Source: an uncultured delta proteobacterium (lineage in GTDB: Bacteria > Myxococcota_A > Polyangia > Polyangiales > Polyangiaceae). From it: a DNA stretch of 64,000 nt. The translations under genes were made by a program, and so were the position numbers. The stretch spans positions 288,001 to 352,000 of the forward strand of contig CAWJCS010000004.1 of assembly GCA_963841435.1 (NCBI GenBank), in the 5' to 3' direction. Within the stretch, counting starts at the first letter, position 1, and each line of letters opens with the position of its first letter. Positions 32,200 through 42,261 of the stretch are shown in pieces. The notes below the pieces were generated by a model, which ran no database searches, had not been told where the DNA came from, and worked only from the letters and a program-made list of their open reading frames with translations.

Positions 32200-34800
32200 G
32201 TGAACGCGAAGGCCACGCCCGTGATGCTCCAGCACGCGGCGGCCAAGCGTGCCTACCCCGACGCCATCGTCTTCTTCCGACTGGGCGACTTCTACGAAAT
32301 GTTCGGCGACGACGCCGTGCTCGCCGCACGCGTGCTCGACCTCACGCTCACGAGCCGCAACCGAGGGAAGCCGGACGAGATCCCCATGGCGGGCGTCCCC
32401 CACCACGCGGCGCAGGGCTACGTCGCGAAGCTGCTCGGCGCCGGGCACAAGGTCGCCATCTGCGAGCAGATGGCCGACCCTTCGAAGGTCAAGGGGATCG
32501 TGCCGCGCCAGGTGGTGCGCGTGATCACGCCCGGCCTCGTGACCGATCGCGAGCAGCTCGACGCGAGCAGCAACAACTATCTCGCGGCCGTCGAGGTGAC
32601 GCCGAAAGCGTGCGGCCTGTCGCTGCTCGACCTTTCCACGGGCGAGCTCTCGGGGGCCGTCGTGCCCGACGCGGCGCTGCTCTTCGCCGAGCTGGGCCGC
32701 GCGCGGCCGCGCGAGGTGCTCGCGGGGTTTTCGCCGGGCCTCGACGCCGAGCTCGTCGAGGCGACGCTCGCGGCGCTCGGCGCGCTCGGCATGGGTGCCG
32801 TGCGTGCGGACGGGCCCGTCGACGAGCCGGCGGCGCTCGAAGCGCTCGGGGGGCTCGCCGCCGACGCCGCGCACCTCGAGCCCCTCGCACGGCTCGCCGT
32901 GGCGCGCGCGCTGCGCTTCGCGCGCGCCTGCAGCCCCGGCCGCGAGCTTCCCGTGCGTCGCGTCGGGCGCTGGGATCCTCGCCAGCATCTCGTGATCGAC
33001 GCCACGGCGCAGGCGCATCTCGAGCTCGTCGACAGCCCGGGAGGCCGCGCCGCGACGCTGCTCGGCGTGATCGACCACACGCGCACGGCGCTCGGCGCGC
33101 GTCTCTTGCGGCGGCGCCTACTCGCCCCGCTCGCCGACGTCTCCCACGTGAGGCGGCGGCTCGAGCGCGTCGAGCTGTTCGTGCAAAATCCGCGGCTGCG
33201 CGAGGAGCTTTGTGCCGCGCTTGGCGAGGTGAGTGACCTCGAGCGGCTCTCGACGCGGGCCGTGCTCGGTGATGCGACGCCGCGCGAGCTCGGCGCGTTG
33301 CGTGATGGGCTCGCGGGGGCCGCGCGCGCCGTTTTCGTGCTCGACGCCGTCAACGACGGCGCCGCGCGCGAGGCGCTCGGGCTCGTGGGCGCTCCCGTCG
33401 ACACGGTGGCGGATCTTTACGCAACGCTCGAGCGAGCGCTCGTCGAGCGTCCGCCGCAGCAGGTCAAAGAGGGCGGGGTGTTCCGAGCGGGCTTCGACGC
33501 GGAGCTCGACGAGCTCATCGCGCTGTCGAGGAGCGGCGCCGAGCGCATGGTCGAGCTCGAGGCGCGTCTGCGAAAGGAAACGGGCATCGGGACGCTCAAG
33601 CTGCGCTACACGCGCGTCTTCGGCTGGTACATCGAGGTGACGCGGGCGCACGCCGCGCGCGTGCCGGAGGCCTTTCGCCGCAAGCAGACGGTGGCGACGG
33701 GCGAGCGCTACACGACGCCCGAGCTCGACGAGCTGGCCGACCGCATCCTGCACGCCGAAGAGCGGCACCGTGAACGCGAGCTCGACCTCGTGCGCGCGCT
33801 CGTCGGCGCGGCCGCGGCCGCGAGCCCACGCGTCACGGAGCTCGCGCGGCGTGTGGCGCGCTGGGACGTGGCCGCCGCGCTCGCCGACGTTGCCCATCGT
33901 CACGACTACACGCGCCCCGTCGTCGATGATTCGACGGAGCTCGTGCTGCGTGACGCACGGCACCCGGTCGTCGAGCGCCTCGCGGCGCGCGGTCGCTTCG
34001 TGCCGAACGACGTCACGCTGTCGCTCGACGACGAGCGCCTCTGGCTCGTCACGGGGCCGAACATGGCAGGCAAGAGCACGCTGCTCAGGCAGGTCGCGCT
34101 GTGCGTGATCCTCGCGCAGATGGGCAGCTACGTGCCGGCGCGCTCGGCGCGCATCGGCCTCTTCGATCGGGTGCTGTCGCGCGTGGGCGCGAGCGACAAT
34201 CTCTCGCAAGGCGAGAGCACCTTCATGGTGGAGATGCGCGAGACCGCCGAGATCCTGCGCTCGGCGACGCGCCGCTCGCTCGTGATTCTCGACGAGATCG
34301 GCCGTGGCACGAGCACGTTCGACGGGCTCGCGATCGCCTGGGCCGTCGCGGAGCACCTCGACGACGCGATCGGTTGCCGCGCGCTGTTCGCAACGCATTA
34401 CCACGAGCTCACGGAGCTTTCCGAGCGCAGCCGAAACGTCGCCAACGTCAGTGTCAGTGCCCGGGAGCTCGAGGGCGACGTCGTGTTCCTGCACCGCCTC
34501 GAGCGCGGCGCCGCGAGCCGGAGCTATGGCGTCGCCGTGGCGAAGCTCGCGGGATTGCCCGAGTCGGTGCTGGCGCGGGCACGGGCAATCCTCGGCACGC
34601 TCGAGCGCGGCGAGGGGTACAAGCAGCACGAGCCGAGCCCGCAGCTCGGGCTTTTCGCCGGCCCGGGCGAGGCGAAAGACCCGGCGAGCGTCGAGGTCGT
34701 CGAAACGGTGCGCGGCGTCGATCTCGACCGACTCACGGGCCTCGACGCGCTCACGCTGCTCGCACGCCTCAAGGCGCGGCTCACTCGACCCGGAGACTGA
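32200..34800 (+). CDS. mutS: DNA mismatch repair protein MutS
   Basis: FFRLGDFYEMF, TGPNMAGKSTLLRQ, GESTFMVEM, ILDEIGRGTSTFDG, FATHYHEL; clamp-binding-like QLGLF. Confidence 0.98.
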   Translation: MNAKATPVMLQHAAAKRAYPDAIVFFRLGDFYEMFGDDAVLAARVLDLTLTSRNRGKPDEIPMAGVPHHAAQGYVAKLLGAGHKVAICEQMADPSKVKGIVPRQVVRVITPGLVTDREQLDASSNNYLAAVEVTPKACGLSLLDLSTGELSGAVVPDAALLFAELGRARPREVLAGFSPGLDAELVEATLAALGALGMGAVRADGPVDEPAALEALGGLAADAAHLEPLARLAVARALRFARACSPGRELPVRRVGRWDPRQHLVIDATAQAHLELVDSPGGRAATLLGVIDHTRTALGARLLRRRLLAPLADVSHVRRRLERVELFVQNPRLREELCAALGEVSDLERLSTRAVLGDATPRELGALRDGLAGAARAVFVLDAVNDGAAREALGLVGAPVDTVADLYATLERALVERPPQQVKEGGVFRAGFDAELDELIALSRSGAERMVELEARLRKETGIGTLKLRYTRVFGWYIEVTRAHAARVPEAFRRKQTVATGERYTTPELDELADRILHAEERHRERELDLVRALVGAAAAASPRVTELARRVARWDVAAALADVAHRHDYTRPVVDDSTELVLRDARHPVVERLAARGRFVPNDVTLSLDDERLWLVTGPNMAGKSTLLRQVALCVILAQMGSYVPARSARIGLFDRVLSRVGASDNLSQGESTFMVEMRETAEILRSATRRSLVILDEIGRGTSTFDGLAIAWAVAEHLDDAIGCRALFATHYHELTELSERSRNVANVSVSARELEGDVVFLHRLERGAASRSYGVAVAKLAGLPESVLARARAILGTLERGEGYKQHEPSPQLGLFAGPGEAKDPASVEVVETVRGVDLDRLTGLDALTLLARLKARLTRPGD

Positions 34801-36103
34801 AGTCTGCCTCGGCCGTGCCCGTGATCACGAGCACGCGCGGCGTGCCGGCGATGCTCGTGCGCGCACCGAGCGGCAGGTCCGACACGGTGGCCGGCGTGCC
34901 TTCGAGCACGAAGCGCGCCTTCACCGTCGATGGGGCGTCGAGCGTGACGCTCTCGGCCGCTTCGTCCAGCACGACGTAGACGATGCCATAGGCATGCAAC
35001 GTGTCGTCGTAGGTCGTCCCCGTGGCCACCGTGGCCGGCACCGCCGCGCCCTCGAGCTCGAAGGCATCGAAGGCGTAGCCGCTCGCCGGGTCGTCCAGAA
35101 AGACGGCGATCGCCATGTCCTCGAAGACCTCGAAACCCGTCGCGGGGTCGCCCACGCTCTCGAGCGCCGCGTCGATACCCCGCCAGTCGTCGAGCGGCTC
35201 GTGGACGATGGCGTCGAGCAGCGGCGCGCCGTCGCGCTCCCAGAGGTACGTGCCAAAGAGCAGCCCCGCGCCGTAGTTGTACGCACGCGGGTCGTTGACG
35301 CCCGGGCCCCACGCCGTGTTCGTCGTGTGTAGGAAGCTTTCGAGCCAGGCCTGGTCGGTGAAGTAGCCGTTCACGGTCATGGCCGCCTGGGCGAGCGTCT
35401 CGTCGACCCAGACCGTTTCGTCGTCGTCGTAGCCGCGATGAATGGCGTGGACGGTCTCGTGAGCGGCGATGGAGAGGGCGCGATCGGTGTGGAGGGAGCG
35501 CAGCAGCGGCCCGTCGAGGTGGAGCTCGAGCGCGTCGCACCAGCCGCAGAGATAGCCCTCGCCGGCGCCTCCCGAGCTCACGACGAAGATGGCGAGCTTT
35601 TTGTCGGTGAGCCGCCCCTGGTTCAAGGGACCGTCGAGGCTGCCGAAGACGAGCTCGTCCGTCTCGATCACGCCGAGATCCGGCCGATAGCTCGCAGGGC
35701 TGCCGCGGCCTTCGTAGCTCGTCATGAACGCGTTCACCTCGTCCTGCCCGAACGGGTTTTCCCAGAGCTCGTCGGCGACGTACACGATGGCTCGCTCGCC
35801 CTCGGCGCGGCAGGTCGCCGTCACCTCTTTCGTGTCGTGCGTGCCGAAATCGTACACGTCGGTGGTGCGCGGCTGGCCGTAGCAAGGCGAGCTCGTGTAG
35901 TCGGTCACGGCCCCGCCGGTACCGCCCGAGCCGCCGGTGCCGCTCGAGCCGCCCGTCCCGGAGCTGCCGCCCGAGGCGCCGCTGCCCCCGGTTCCCGCTT
36001 GGTCGTGGAGCATCGCGTCCGTCGGTCCGAGCGGCTCGCTGCTGCACGCGAGGGTGAGCGCGGCAAACAGCCCGGCCGAGACCAACGCGCTGCGAGCCGG
36101 CAT
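34781..36103 (-). CDS. Lipoprotein zinc metallopeptidase (HExxH, M30/M6-like)
   Basis: Lipobox TLAC, Gly-rich linker, AAHETVHAIH followed by WVDETLA. Confidence 0.75.
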   Translation of the reverse strand: MPARSALVSAGLFAALTLACSSEPLGPTDAMLHDQAGTGGSGASGGSSGTGGSSGTGGSGGTGGAVTDYTSSPCYGQPRTTDVYDFGTHDTKEVTATCRAEGERAIVYVADELWENPFGQDEVNAFMTSYEGRGSPASYRPDLGVIETDELVFGSLDGPLNQGRLTDKKLAIFVVSSGGAGEGYLCGWCDALELHLDGPLLRSLHTDRALSIAAHETVHAIHRGYDDDETVWVDETLAQAAMTVNGYFTDQAWLESFLHTTNTAWGPGVNDPRAYNYGAGLLFGTYLWERDGAPLLDAIVHEPLDDWRGIDAALESVGDPATGFEVFEDMAIAVFLDDPASGYAFDAFELEGAAVPATVATGTTYDDTLHAYGIVYVVLDEAAESVTLDAPSTVKARFVLEGTPATVSDLPLGARTSIAGTPRVLVITGTAEADFSLRVE

Positions 36104-36177
36104 GGACCTCAGGATACCCCATCCGTGCGCGAGGCGGCTTCGAGAGCGCCCGGCGGCGCGAGCGATGCCGGCCGCCG

Positions 36178-38745
36178 TCAACGACCCCGCGGTGCGGGAG
36201 GGACGGCCGTGCTGCCGTCTTCGGGCCAGGCGTGGCGTGGGTAACGGCGCATCAGCTCCCGACGCACGGTTGGGTAGTGGCGCTGCCAAAATCCGGCCAG
36301 ATCGGTCGTCACCTGCACGGCGCGTTGGTTCGGTGCGAGAAGGTGCAGCGTCAGGGGCACGCGGCCGCCGAGGATGCGGGGCCCCTCGGCGCGCCCGAAG
36401 AAGTCCTGCAGGCGCGACTCGACGAACGGCGCGCGACCGGGCTCGTACTGGACGCGCGCGTTGCGACCGCTTGCGAGCCGAACGGTCTCGGGGACCTCGT
36501 CGGCGAGCAGGCGTCGCTGCCGCTCGCTGAGCGTCGACGGCAAGAGCTCGAGCCAGCCGCTCGCTTCGAGCGCCTCGAGGCTCACGACGGTTTCCGACGC
36601 GCGCGCGAGCGCGGCGGCGAGCGCTTCTTCGGCCGCGGACGGGAACCCTGCGTCGGGGAAGTGCTCGGCGAGCAGCAGAAGACGCGTCGTGAGCCAGAGC
36701 GCCTCCGCGCTGCGAACGAAACGCGATGGGACGGCGCGCGCCGCCGCGAAAAGGAGTGCGCCCGCCTCGACCGACGGTGGCGCGACGGCGCGCGTCTCTT
36801 CGAGCACGAGCGACCCCCAGCGCATGCTGGACACGCGCTCGACCCGCTCGCGCTCCGCCGCGAACACGAGGTCGTCACGAAGCTCGAGCCGCTCGGGGTC
36901 GAGCTCGAAGAGCAGATTTTCGTCGACGGCGCTCGCCGAGCGCACGAGCGTCCCACGGCCCGGGCGCTCCTCGGCGTCGACCGCGACGAACAGCTCGGCG
37001 TCGTGGACGACGCTCTCCTCGGCAAGCCGCGCGAGCCTGCCGTTCTCGAGCACGAGCTCCGGCTCGCCCCGCCGACGGCGCCTCGCGACGCGGTCGGGAA
37101 ACGCGGCGAGGACGCATGCGAGCAACGCCCGCTCCGTCGCGGCTTCGTCTGCCGGGCGCGGCGCTCGGTCGCGCACGGCACGCGCGAGCTGCCGCCGAGC
37201 ACGCTCCACCGCCTCCACGGAGCGTGGCTCGAGCCCGATGGCGCGCACGCGGTGCGCCTCGAAGCGGTGGCTCGCCGCCTCGTCGAACAGGTCGGCGAGC
37301 ATCAGTGGATCGGAGGGTCCGCGCTCGCCGTCGAGCCGCTCACGTCGCCCACCCCCGAGCTTGGCGCGCGCCTGCATGCGGATGTCACGCTCGCCGATCA
37401 GCGCGGCGAGCAGGGCGGCGTGCTCTGCCACGCCGCGCCGTTCGCCCTCCACGACGAGGCGCGCGAGCCTCGGATGGAGCGGTAGCTCGAGCAGCCGGCG
37501 CCCGATCGCCGTGAGCTCACCTGCTTGTCCGAGAGCGCCGAGGTCGCGCAAGAGCGCCCGCGCCGCGTCGCGACTCGCCGCGGGCGGCTCGCTCAGCCAG
37601 GCGATGGCGTCCGTGCCGGCAAAGCCTGCCGCCGCGAGCGTCAGGAGCACTTCCGAGAGATTGGCGCGGGCGATCTCGGGCGTGTCGTTCTCGGGTCGGT
37701 GCTCGAAGTCGCCTCGCGTGTAGAGGCAGAGCACGTGACCGGGCCGCGTCCGGCCGGCGCGCCCGGCGCGCTGTTTGGCCGAGGCGCGGCTGATTTTCGC
37801 CGTCGTCAGCGTCCCGAGCCCCGACCATGCCGAATGAGCGGCCACGCGGGCGAGCCCGCTGTCTATGACCGAGGTGACGCCGTCGATCGTGATCGACGAC
37901 TCGGCGACGTTGGTGGACAGCACGACCTTGCGGCGCGAGGCGCGCTCGACGGCGCGCGTTTGCTCCTTGAGCGGCAGGTCGCCATGCAGCGGCAGGACCA
38001 GGACGTTGTGCTCGCGCGCGAGCGGCTCGAGCGTTTCGTGCGCGCGACGGATCTCGCCGGCGCCGGGCAGGAACACGAGCACGTCGCCGTCCGGCTCGCG
38101 CTCGAGTGCGCGCCGCACGGCGCTCGTCACCTGCTTGTCGAGGGGTCGCTCGTCGGGCGTCGCGAGGTGCTCGACGGTCACTGGAAACAGACGCCCCTCG
38201 CTCGTGATGCGTGGCGCGCCGTCGAGGAACTTCGCGATGGGCTCGGCGTCGAGCGTTGCGCTCATCACGACGAGCACGAGGTCGCCCCTCGACGCACGCC
38301 GGTGGGCGAAGAGCGCGAGCAGGAGGTCGGTTTCGACGTGACGCTCGTGAAACTCGTCGATCACGACCGCGCGCACACCGGAAAGGTCCGGATCGGCGAG
38401 CAAGCGCCGCACGAGCACCCCCTCGGTGACGTAGCGCAGGCGCGTGCGAGGCCCGCCGACCTCTTCGAAGCGCACGCTGTAGCCGACCCGGTCGCCCGGC
38501 CGCTCACCGTGCTCGTGGGCGACGCGCTCCGCGGCGAGCCGCGCCGCGAGCCGCCGCGGCTCGGTGACGACGACCTCTCCGGCGTCGCCGAGCGCCTCGG
38601 CGAGCGCCCAGGGGACGCGGGTCGTTTTGCCGGCGCCGGGAGGCGCTTCGAGCACGAGGGCGCCCGCCGCGAGCGCGGTTCGCGTGATCTCGGCGAGCAG
38701 CGCGTCGATGGGGAGCGCGTCCAAGGCTTCCCCGGCAACGTACAC
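36178..38745 (-). CDS. hrpB: ATP-dependent helicase HrpB
   Basis: APPGAGKTT, DEFHER, MSAT, STNVAESSITIDG, QRAGRAGR, C-terminal LHLLAPNQRAVQVTTDLAGFW...RYPRHAWP. Confidence 0.96.
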   Translation of the reverse strand: MYVAGEALDALPIDALLAEITRTALAAGALVLEAPPGAGKTTRVPWALAEALGDAGEVVVTEPRRLAARLAAERVAHEHGERPGDRVGYSVRFEEVGGPRTRLRYVTEGVLVRRLLADPDLSGVRAVVIDEFHERHVETDLLLALFAHRRASRGDLVLVVMSATLDAEPIAKFLDGAPRITSEGRLFPVTVEHLATPDERPLDKQVTSAVRRALEREPDGDVLVFLPGAGEIRRAHETLEPLAREHNVLVLPLHGDLPLKEQTRAVERASRRKVVLSTNVAESSITIDGVTSVIDSGLARVAAHSAWSGLGTLTTAKISRASAKQRAGRAGRTRPGHVLCLYTRGDFEHRPENDTPEIARANLSEVLLTLAAAGFAGTDAIAWLSEPPAASRDAARALLRDLGALGQAGELTAIGRRLLELPLHPRLARLVVEGERRGVAEHAALLAALIGERDIRMQARAKLGGGRRERLDGERGPSDPLMLADLFDEAASHRFEAHRVRAIGLEPRSVEAVERARRQLARAVRDRAPRPADEAATERALLACVLAAFPDRVARRRRRGEPELVLENGRLARLAEESVVHDAELFVAVDAEERPGRGTLVRSASAVDENLLFELDPERLELRDDLVFAAERERVERVSSMRWGSLVLEETRAVAPPSVEAGALLFAAARAVPSRFVRSAEALWLTTRLLLLAEHFPDAGFPSAAEEALAAALARASETVVSLEALEASGWLELLPSTLSERQRRLLADEVPETVRLASGRNARVQYEPGRAPFVESRLQDFFGRAEGPRILGGRVPLTLHLLAPNQRAVQVTTDLAGFWQRHYPTVRRELMRRYPRHAWPEDGSTAVPPAPRGR

Positions 38746-38763
38746 CGGCTAGAATGAAACGCC

Positions 38764-39459
38764 ATGGTCCGTCGCGCGGCGCTGTTCGACATGGATCGGA
38801 CGCTGATCGCCAAGGACAGCGCCAGCCTCTACGCGCGCTATCAGCGTGACGTCGGCGAGGCGACGCTGAAGGACGGTATCCAGGTCGCCTGGTGGATGGC
38901 GCAGTACACACTCGGGGTCATCGACGCGCCGCGTGTTGCGCTCAAGGCCCTCCGCCGCTTCCGCGGAAAGAAGGAGAGCTGGCTCATCGAGCACTGCGAG
39001 CCGTGGTTCGAGAAATACGTTCTGCCGCTCGTGCAGCCCGAGGGTCGCGCGGCCGTCGAACGGCACCGCGAGCGGGGCGACATCGTCGCCATCGTCACGG
39101 GCGCGACGCCTTACGTCGCGAGACCGCTCGCACGCGTGCTCGGGATCGACTGCGTCGTGTGCACGGAGCTCGAAGTCGACGCCGACGGCTGCTTCACGGG
39201 GCGGCCCATCGATCCGCTCTGTTACGGCGATGGCAAGCTCGTGCTCGCGCGCCGCGCGGCGGAGCGCGAGGGCTTCGCGCTCGCCGACGCGACGTTCTAC
39301 AGCGACAGCATCACCGACCTGCCGCTGCTCGAGGCCGTCGCCGCGCCGATCGCAGTGAACCCCGACGCGCGGCTCGCGCGCCTGGCGCGCAAGCGCGGCT
39401 GGACCGTCGAACGCTGGGGAACCCGGCTCATGCCCGCGCGTCCAGCAGCAAGTACTTGA
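38764..39459 (+). CDS. HAD-IB family hydrolase
   Basis: FDMDRTL, IVTG, GDGK, YSDSITDLPLL...VNPD. Confidence 0.9.
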   Translation: MVRRAALFDMDRTLIAKDSASLYARYQRDVGEATLKDGIQVAWWMAQYTLGVIDAPRVALKALRRFRGKKESWLIEHCEPWFEKYVLPLVQPEGRAAVERHRERGDIVAIVTGATPYVARPLARVLGIDCVVCTELEVDADGCFTGRPIDPLCYGDGKLVLARRAAEREGFALADATFYSDSITDLPLLEAVAAPIAVNPDARLARLARKRGWTVERWGTRLMPARPAAST

Positions 39460-40072
39460 GCCGACCCACGATGACGTCGAGGGCCTCGGCGTTCTCGCCG
39501 CCTTCCGGGACGATCAGGTGCGCGTGGCGCTTGCTCGGTGCGACGTGCAGGAGGTGCATGGGGCGCACGGTACCGTAGTATTGTGCCTGGATCGCGTCGA
39601 TGTCGCGGTCCCGCTCGACGAGATCGCGACGGATGCGGCGCAGGAGTCGGATGTCGTCGTCGGTGTCGACGAAGATCCTGAGGTCGAACGCGCTGCGCAG
39701 CACCTCGACGGCGAACAGCAGGATGCCTTCGACGACGATGATGCGGTTCGGCTCGACGCGCCGCGTGTCGGGGCGACGCGTGTGAGTTGCGAAATCGTAG
39801 CGGGGGCAATCGACGGCGAGCCCGCGCCTGAGCTCAGCGAGGTGGCGCGCGAGCAGATCGCTCTCGAGCGCCCCGGGCTCGTCGTAGTTGATGATGGTGC
39901 GCTCCGCCTCTGGCACACTCGAGCGGTCGCGGTAGTACCCGTCGTGCTCGATCACCGTAACGCTGTCGCCGAGCTCGCGCTTCATGCGGCGCGCCAGCGT
40001 GGTCTTGCCGCTGCCCGTCCCGCCGGCGACGCCGATGAAGAGCGGAGGCGGGGTGGGGGAAGGGAAGGACAC
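39428..40072 (-). CDS. udk: Uridine kinase
   Basis: GVAGGTGSGKTT, HDGYY, INYDEP, VEGIL, RLLRRIRRD, VRPMH. Confidence 0.95.
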   Translation of the reverse strand: MSFPSPTPPPLFIGVAGGTGSGKTTLARRMKRELGDSVTVIEHDGYYRDRSSVPEAERTIINYDEPGALESDLLARHLAELRRGLAVDCPRYDFATHTRRPDTRRVEPNRIIVVEGILLFAVEVLRSAFDLRIFVDTDDDIRLLRRIRRDLVERDRDIDAIQAQYYGTVRPMHLLHVAPSKRHAHLIVPEGGENAEALDVIVGRLKYLLLDARA

Positions 40073-40172
40073 GGCGCTTTTCCGGACCTACCTCCGGCGC
40101 GCTCCGCCGTCGAACCTTTACAAACCTCCGCGCGGCCCGTAGCTTCCGCCCCGACCGATGGCATCGTCACCG

Positions 40173-41480
40173 ATGGAGCCGGCCGCGCCCGTCGTCGTGC
40201 TCGGTGCCGGGCTCGCCGGCCTGAGCGCGGCGCTCGTGCTCGAGCGTGCGAAGGTCGCGTACCGCGCGTTCGAGAAGAACGGCATTGCCGGCGGGCACGC
40301 CGTGACCCTCCTCGACGAGGGGTTTCGTTTCGATCGAACCGGACACCTCCTGCACCTGCGCGACGCTCGGCTTCGCGCCGAGGTGCTCGAGCTGCTCGGC
40401 GGCGACTGCCTCGAGATCGAGCGCCGTAGCGTCGTTTTCTCGAACGGTGTCTACACGCGCTATCCGTTCCAGGCGAACACTTTCGGGTTGCCCAAGGAGA
40501 TCGCCTACGAGTGCGTGATCGGCTTTCTCGCGGCGCGTGACGCACCCGCCGGCGCCGAGCCCCGGAACTTCGAAGAGTTTTGCCTCGCTCATTTCGGGAC
40601 CGGCATCACGCGCCACTTCATGCAGCCGTACAACGAGAAGCTCTGGGGCGTGCCCCTGCGCGAGATCACGAGTGCCTGGTGTCAGCGCTTCGTGCCACTG
40701 CCTTCGGTGGCGGACGTGATTGGCGGGGCGCTCGGCGTTCGGGGTCCCGAGCTAGGTTACAACCAGCGCTTCCTCTATCCGCGGCTCGGCATCGGCGAGC
40801 TGCCACGCGCCATGGCGCGCGGCGTTTCCCGGCTCGAGCTCGGTCGCGCGCCACGTCGCATCGATCTCCGACATCGCACGCTCGAGCTCGACGACGCGCG
40901 CGTCCCGTTTCGCACGCTGGTCAGCACCGTTCCCCTGAAGGTCCTTGTTTCGCTGCTCGATCCGCTGCCGGACGCGGTGCGGGCAGCCGCTGAAAAGCTC
41001 CGGGCAACGCACCTTCACTATCTCGATGTCGCGCTGGAGCGCGAGCCGCTGACGCCGTACCACTGGGCGTACGTGCCGGAGCCGAAGTACCCATTTTATC
41101 GCGTGGGCTCGTATTCGCGGTTTTCTCCGCACGTCGTCCCTCCGGGCGCGGGGTCGCTCTACGTCGAGCTCGCCGACCGCGCGGAGCCGGACCTCGCTAC
41201 GCTGGTTCCCCGCGTCATCGAGGGGCTCGTCAACATGCGGATCATCGAGGGCCCCGGCGACGTGCGCTTCGTGCGAAAGCGCCGTATCGACTGCGCCTAC
41301 GTCGTCTTCGACCACGCCTACTACCCGGCCCTCGCCGTGATCGAGCCGTTCCTCGCGGAACAGCGTATCGTCTCGACGGGGCGTTACGGCGCCTGGACGT
41401 ACTCGTCGATGGAGGATGCCCTTCGCATGGGGCGCGAGGGCGCGGCGCGAGCGCTCGCTTTGTCGGGTGAGAACGCGTGA
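40173..41480 (+). CDS. FAD-dependent oxidoreductase (protoporphyrinogen oxidase/UDP-galactopyranose mutase-like)
   Basis: GAGLAGL, FDRTGHLLH, FMQPYNEKLWG, FLYPRLG, GRYGAWTYSSMEDA. Confidence 0.8.
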   Translation: MEPAAPVVVLGAGLAGLSAALVLERAKVAYRAFEKNGIAGGHAVTLLDEGFRFDRTGHLLHLRDARLRAEVLELLGGDCLEIERRSVVFSNGVYTRYPFQANTFGLPKEIAYECVIGFLAARDAPAGAEPRNFEEFCLAHFGTGITRHFMQPYNEKLWGVPLREITSAWCQRFVPLPSVADVIGGALGVRGPELGYNQRFLYPRLGIGELPRAMARGVSRLELGRAPRRIDLRHRTLELDDARVPFRTLVSTVPLKVLVSLLDPLPDAVRAAAEKLRATHLHYLDVALEREPLTPYHWAYVPEPKYPFYRVGSYSRFSPHVVPPGAGSLYVELADRAEPDLATLVPRVIEGLVNMRIIEGPGDVRFVRKRRIDCAYVVFDHAYYPALAVIEPFLAEQRIVSTGRYGAWTYSSMEDALRMGREGAARALALSGENA

Positions 41481-42208
41481 CGGCGGAGCCGGTGCTTTCC
41501 GTGGTGATCCCGATCTACAACGAGGAGGGGATCTTGCGTTCGGCGGTCGTCAACTTGAGGGAGCGCCTGCAATCGCTGGGCGTCCCCTACGAGATCGTGC
41601 TCGCCGAGAACGGTTCGCGCGACGGCACGGTGCGCCTCGCGCGCGAGCTCTGCCGCAAATACCCGGACGTCGAGCTCGTGTCCGAACCGCAGCCGAACTA
41701 CGGGCGGGCGCTTCGCGCGGGCATCCTCGCCTCTCGCGGCGCGTTCGTCGTGGCGGAAGAGATTGATCTGTGTGACGTGGATTTTCACGCCCAGGCGCTC
41801 GGGCTGCTCGAGAGCGGCGCCGCCGAGGTGGTGATCGGGTCCAAGCTCATCGCGGGAGCCTCCGACGAGCGGCCGCTGTTCCGGCATGCGGCGAGCATCG
41901 TCTACACCCAGCTACTGCGAGCGCTCGTGTCCTTCGAAGGCAGCGACACACACGGGCTCAAGGCCTTCCGTCGTGACCGTATTGTCCCCATCGTCGAGGC
42001 GTGCCTCACCGACAAGGACGTGTTCGCGAGCGAGCTCGTGATCCGCGCCTATCGTTCCGGGCTCTCCGTCATCGAGGTGCCGCTTCGCGTGATCGAGAAG
42101 CGGCCACCCTCCATCAACCTGCTCAAGCGCGTGCCGAACGTGCTCAAGAATCTCGGGCTTCTGACCTGGGTCATCCGCGTGCGCGGCGTGGTTGGTAAGC
42201 GCGCTTGA
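41477..42208 (+). CDS. Glycosyltransferase family 2 (DPM1-like)
   Basis: LSVVIPIYNEE, ENGSRDGT, NYGRALRAG, DTHGLKAFRR; GTGA overlap with the upstream gene. Confidence 0.88.
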   Translation: MTAEPVLSVVIPIYNEEGILRSAVVNLRERLQSLGVPYEIVLAENGSRDGTVRLARELCRKYPDVELVSEPQPNYGRALRAGILASRGAFVVAEEIDLCDVDFHAQALGLLESGAAEVVIGSKLIAGASDERPLFRHAASIVYTQLLRALVSFEGSDTHGLKAFRRDRIVPIVEACLTDKDVFASELVIRAYRSGLSVIEVPLRVIEKRPPSINLLKRVPNVLKNLGLLTWVIRVRGVVGKRA

Positions 42209-42261
42209 CGCGACGTTTCCCCTCACCAGCTCGCGAGCACGCCGCCGACCGGATGACCTGC

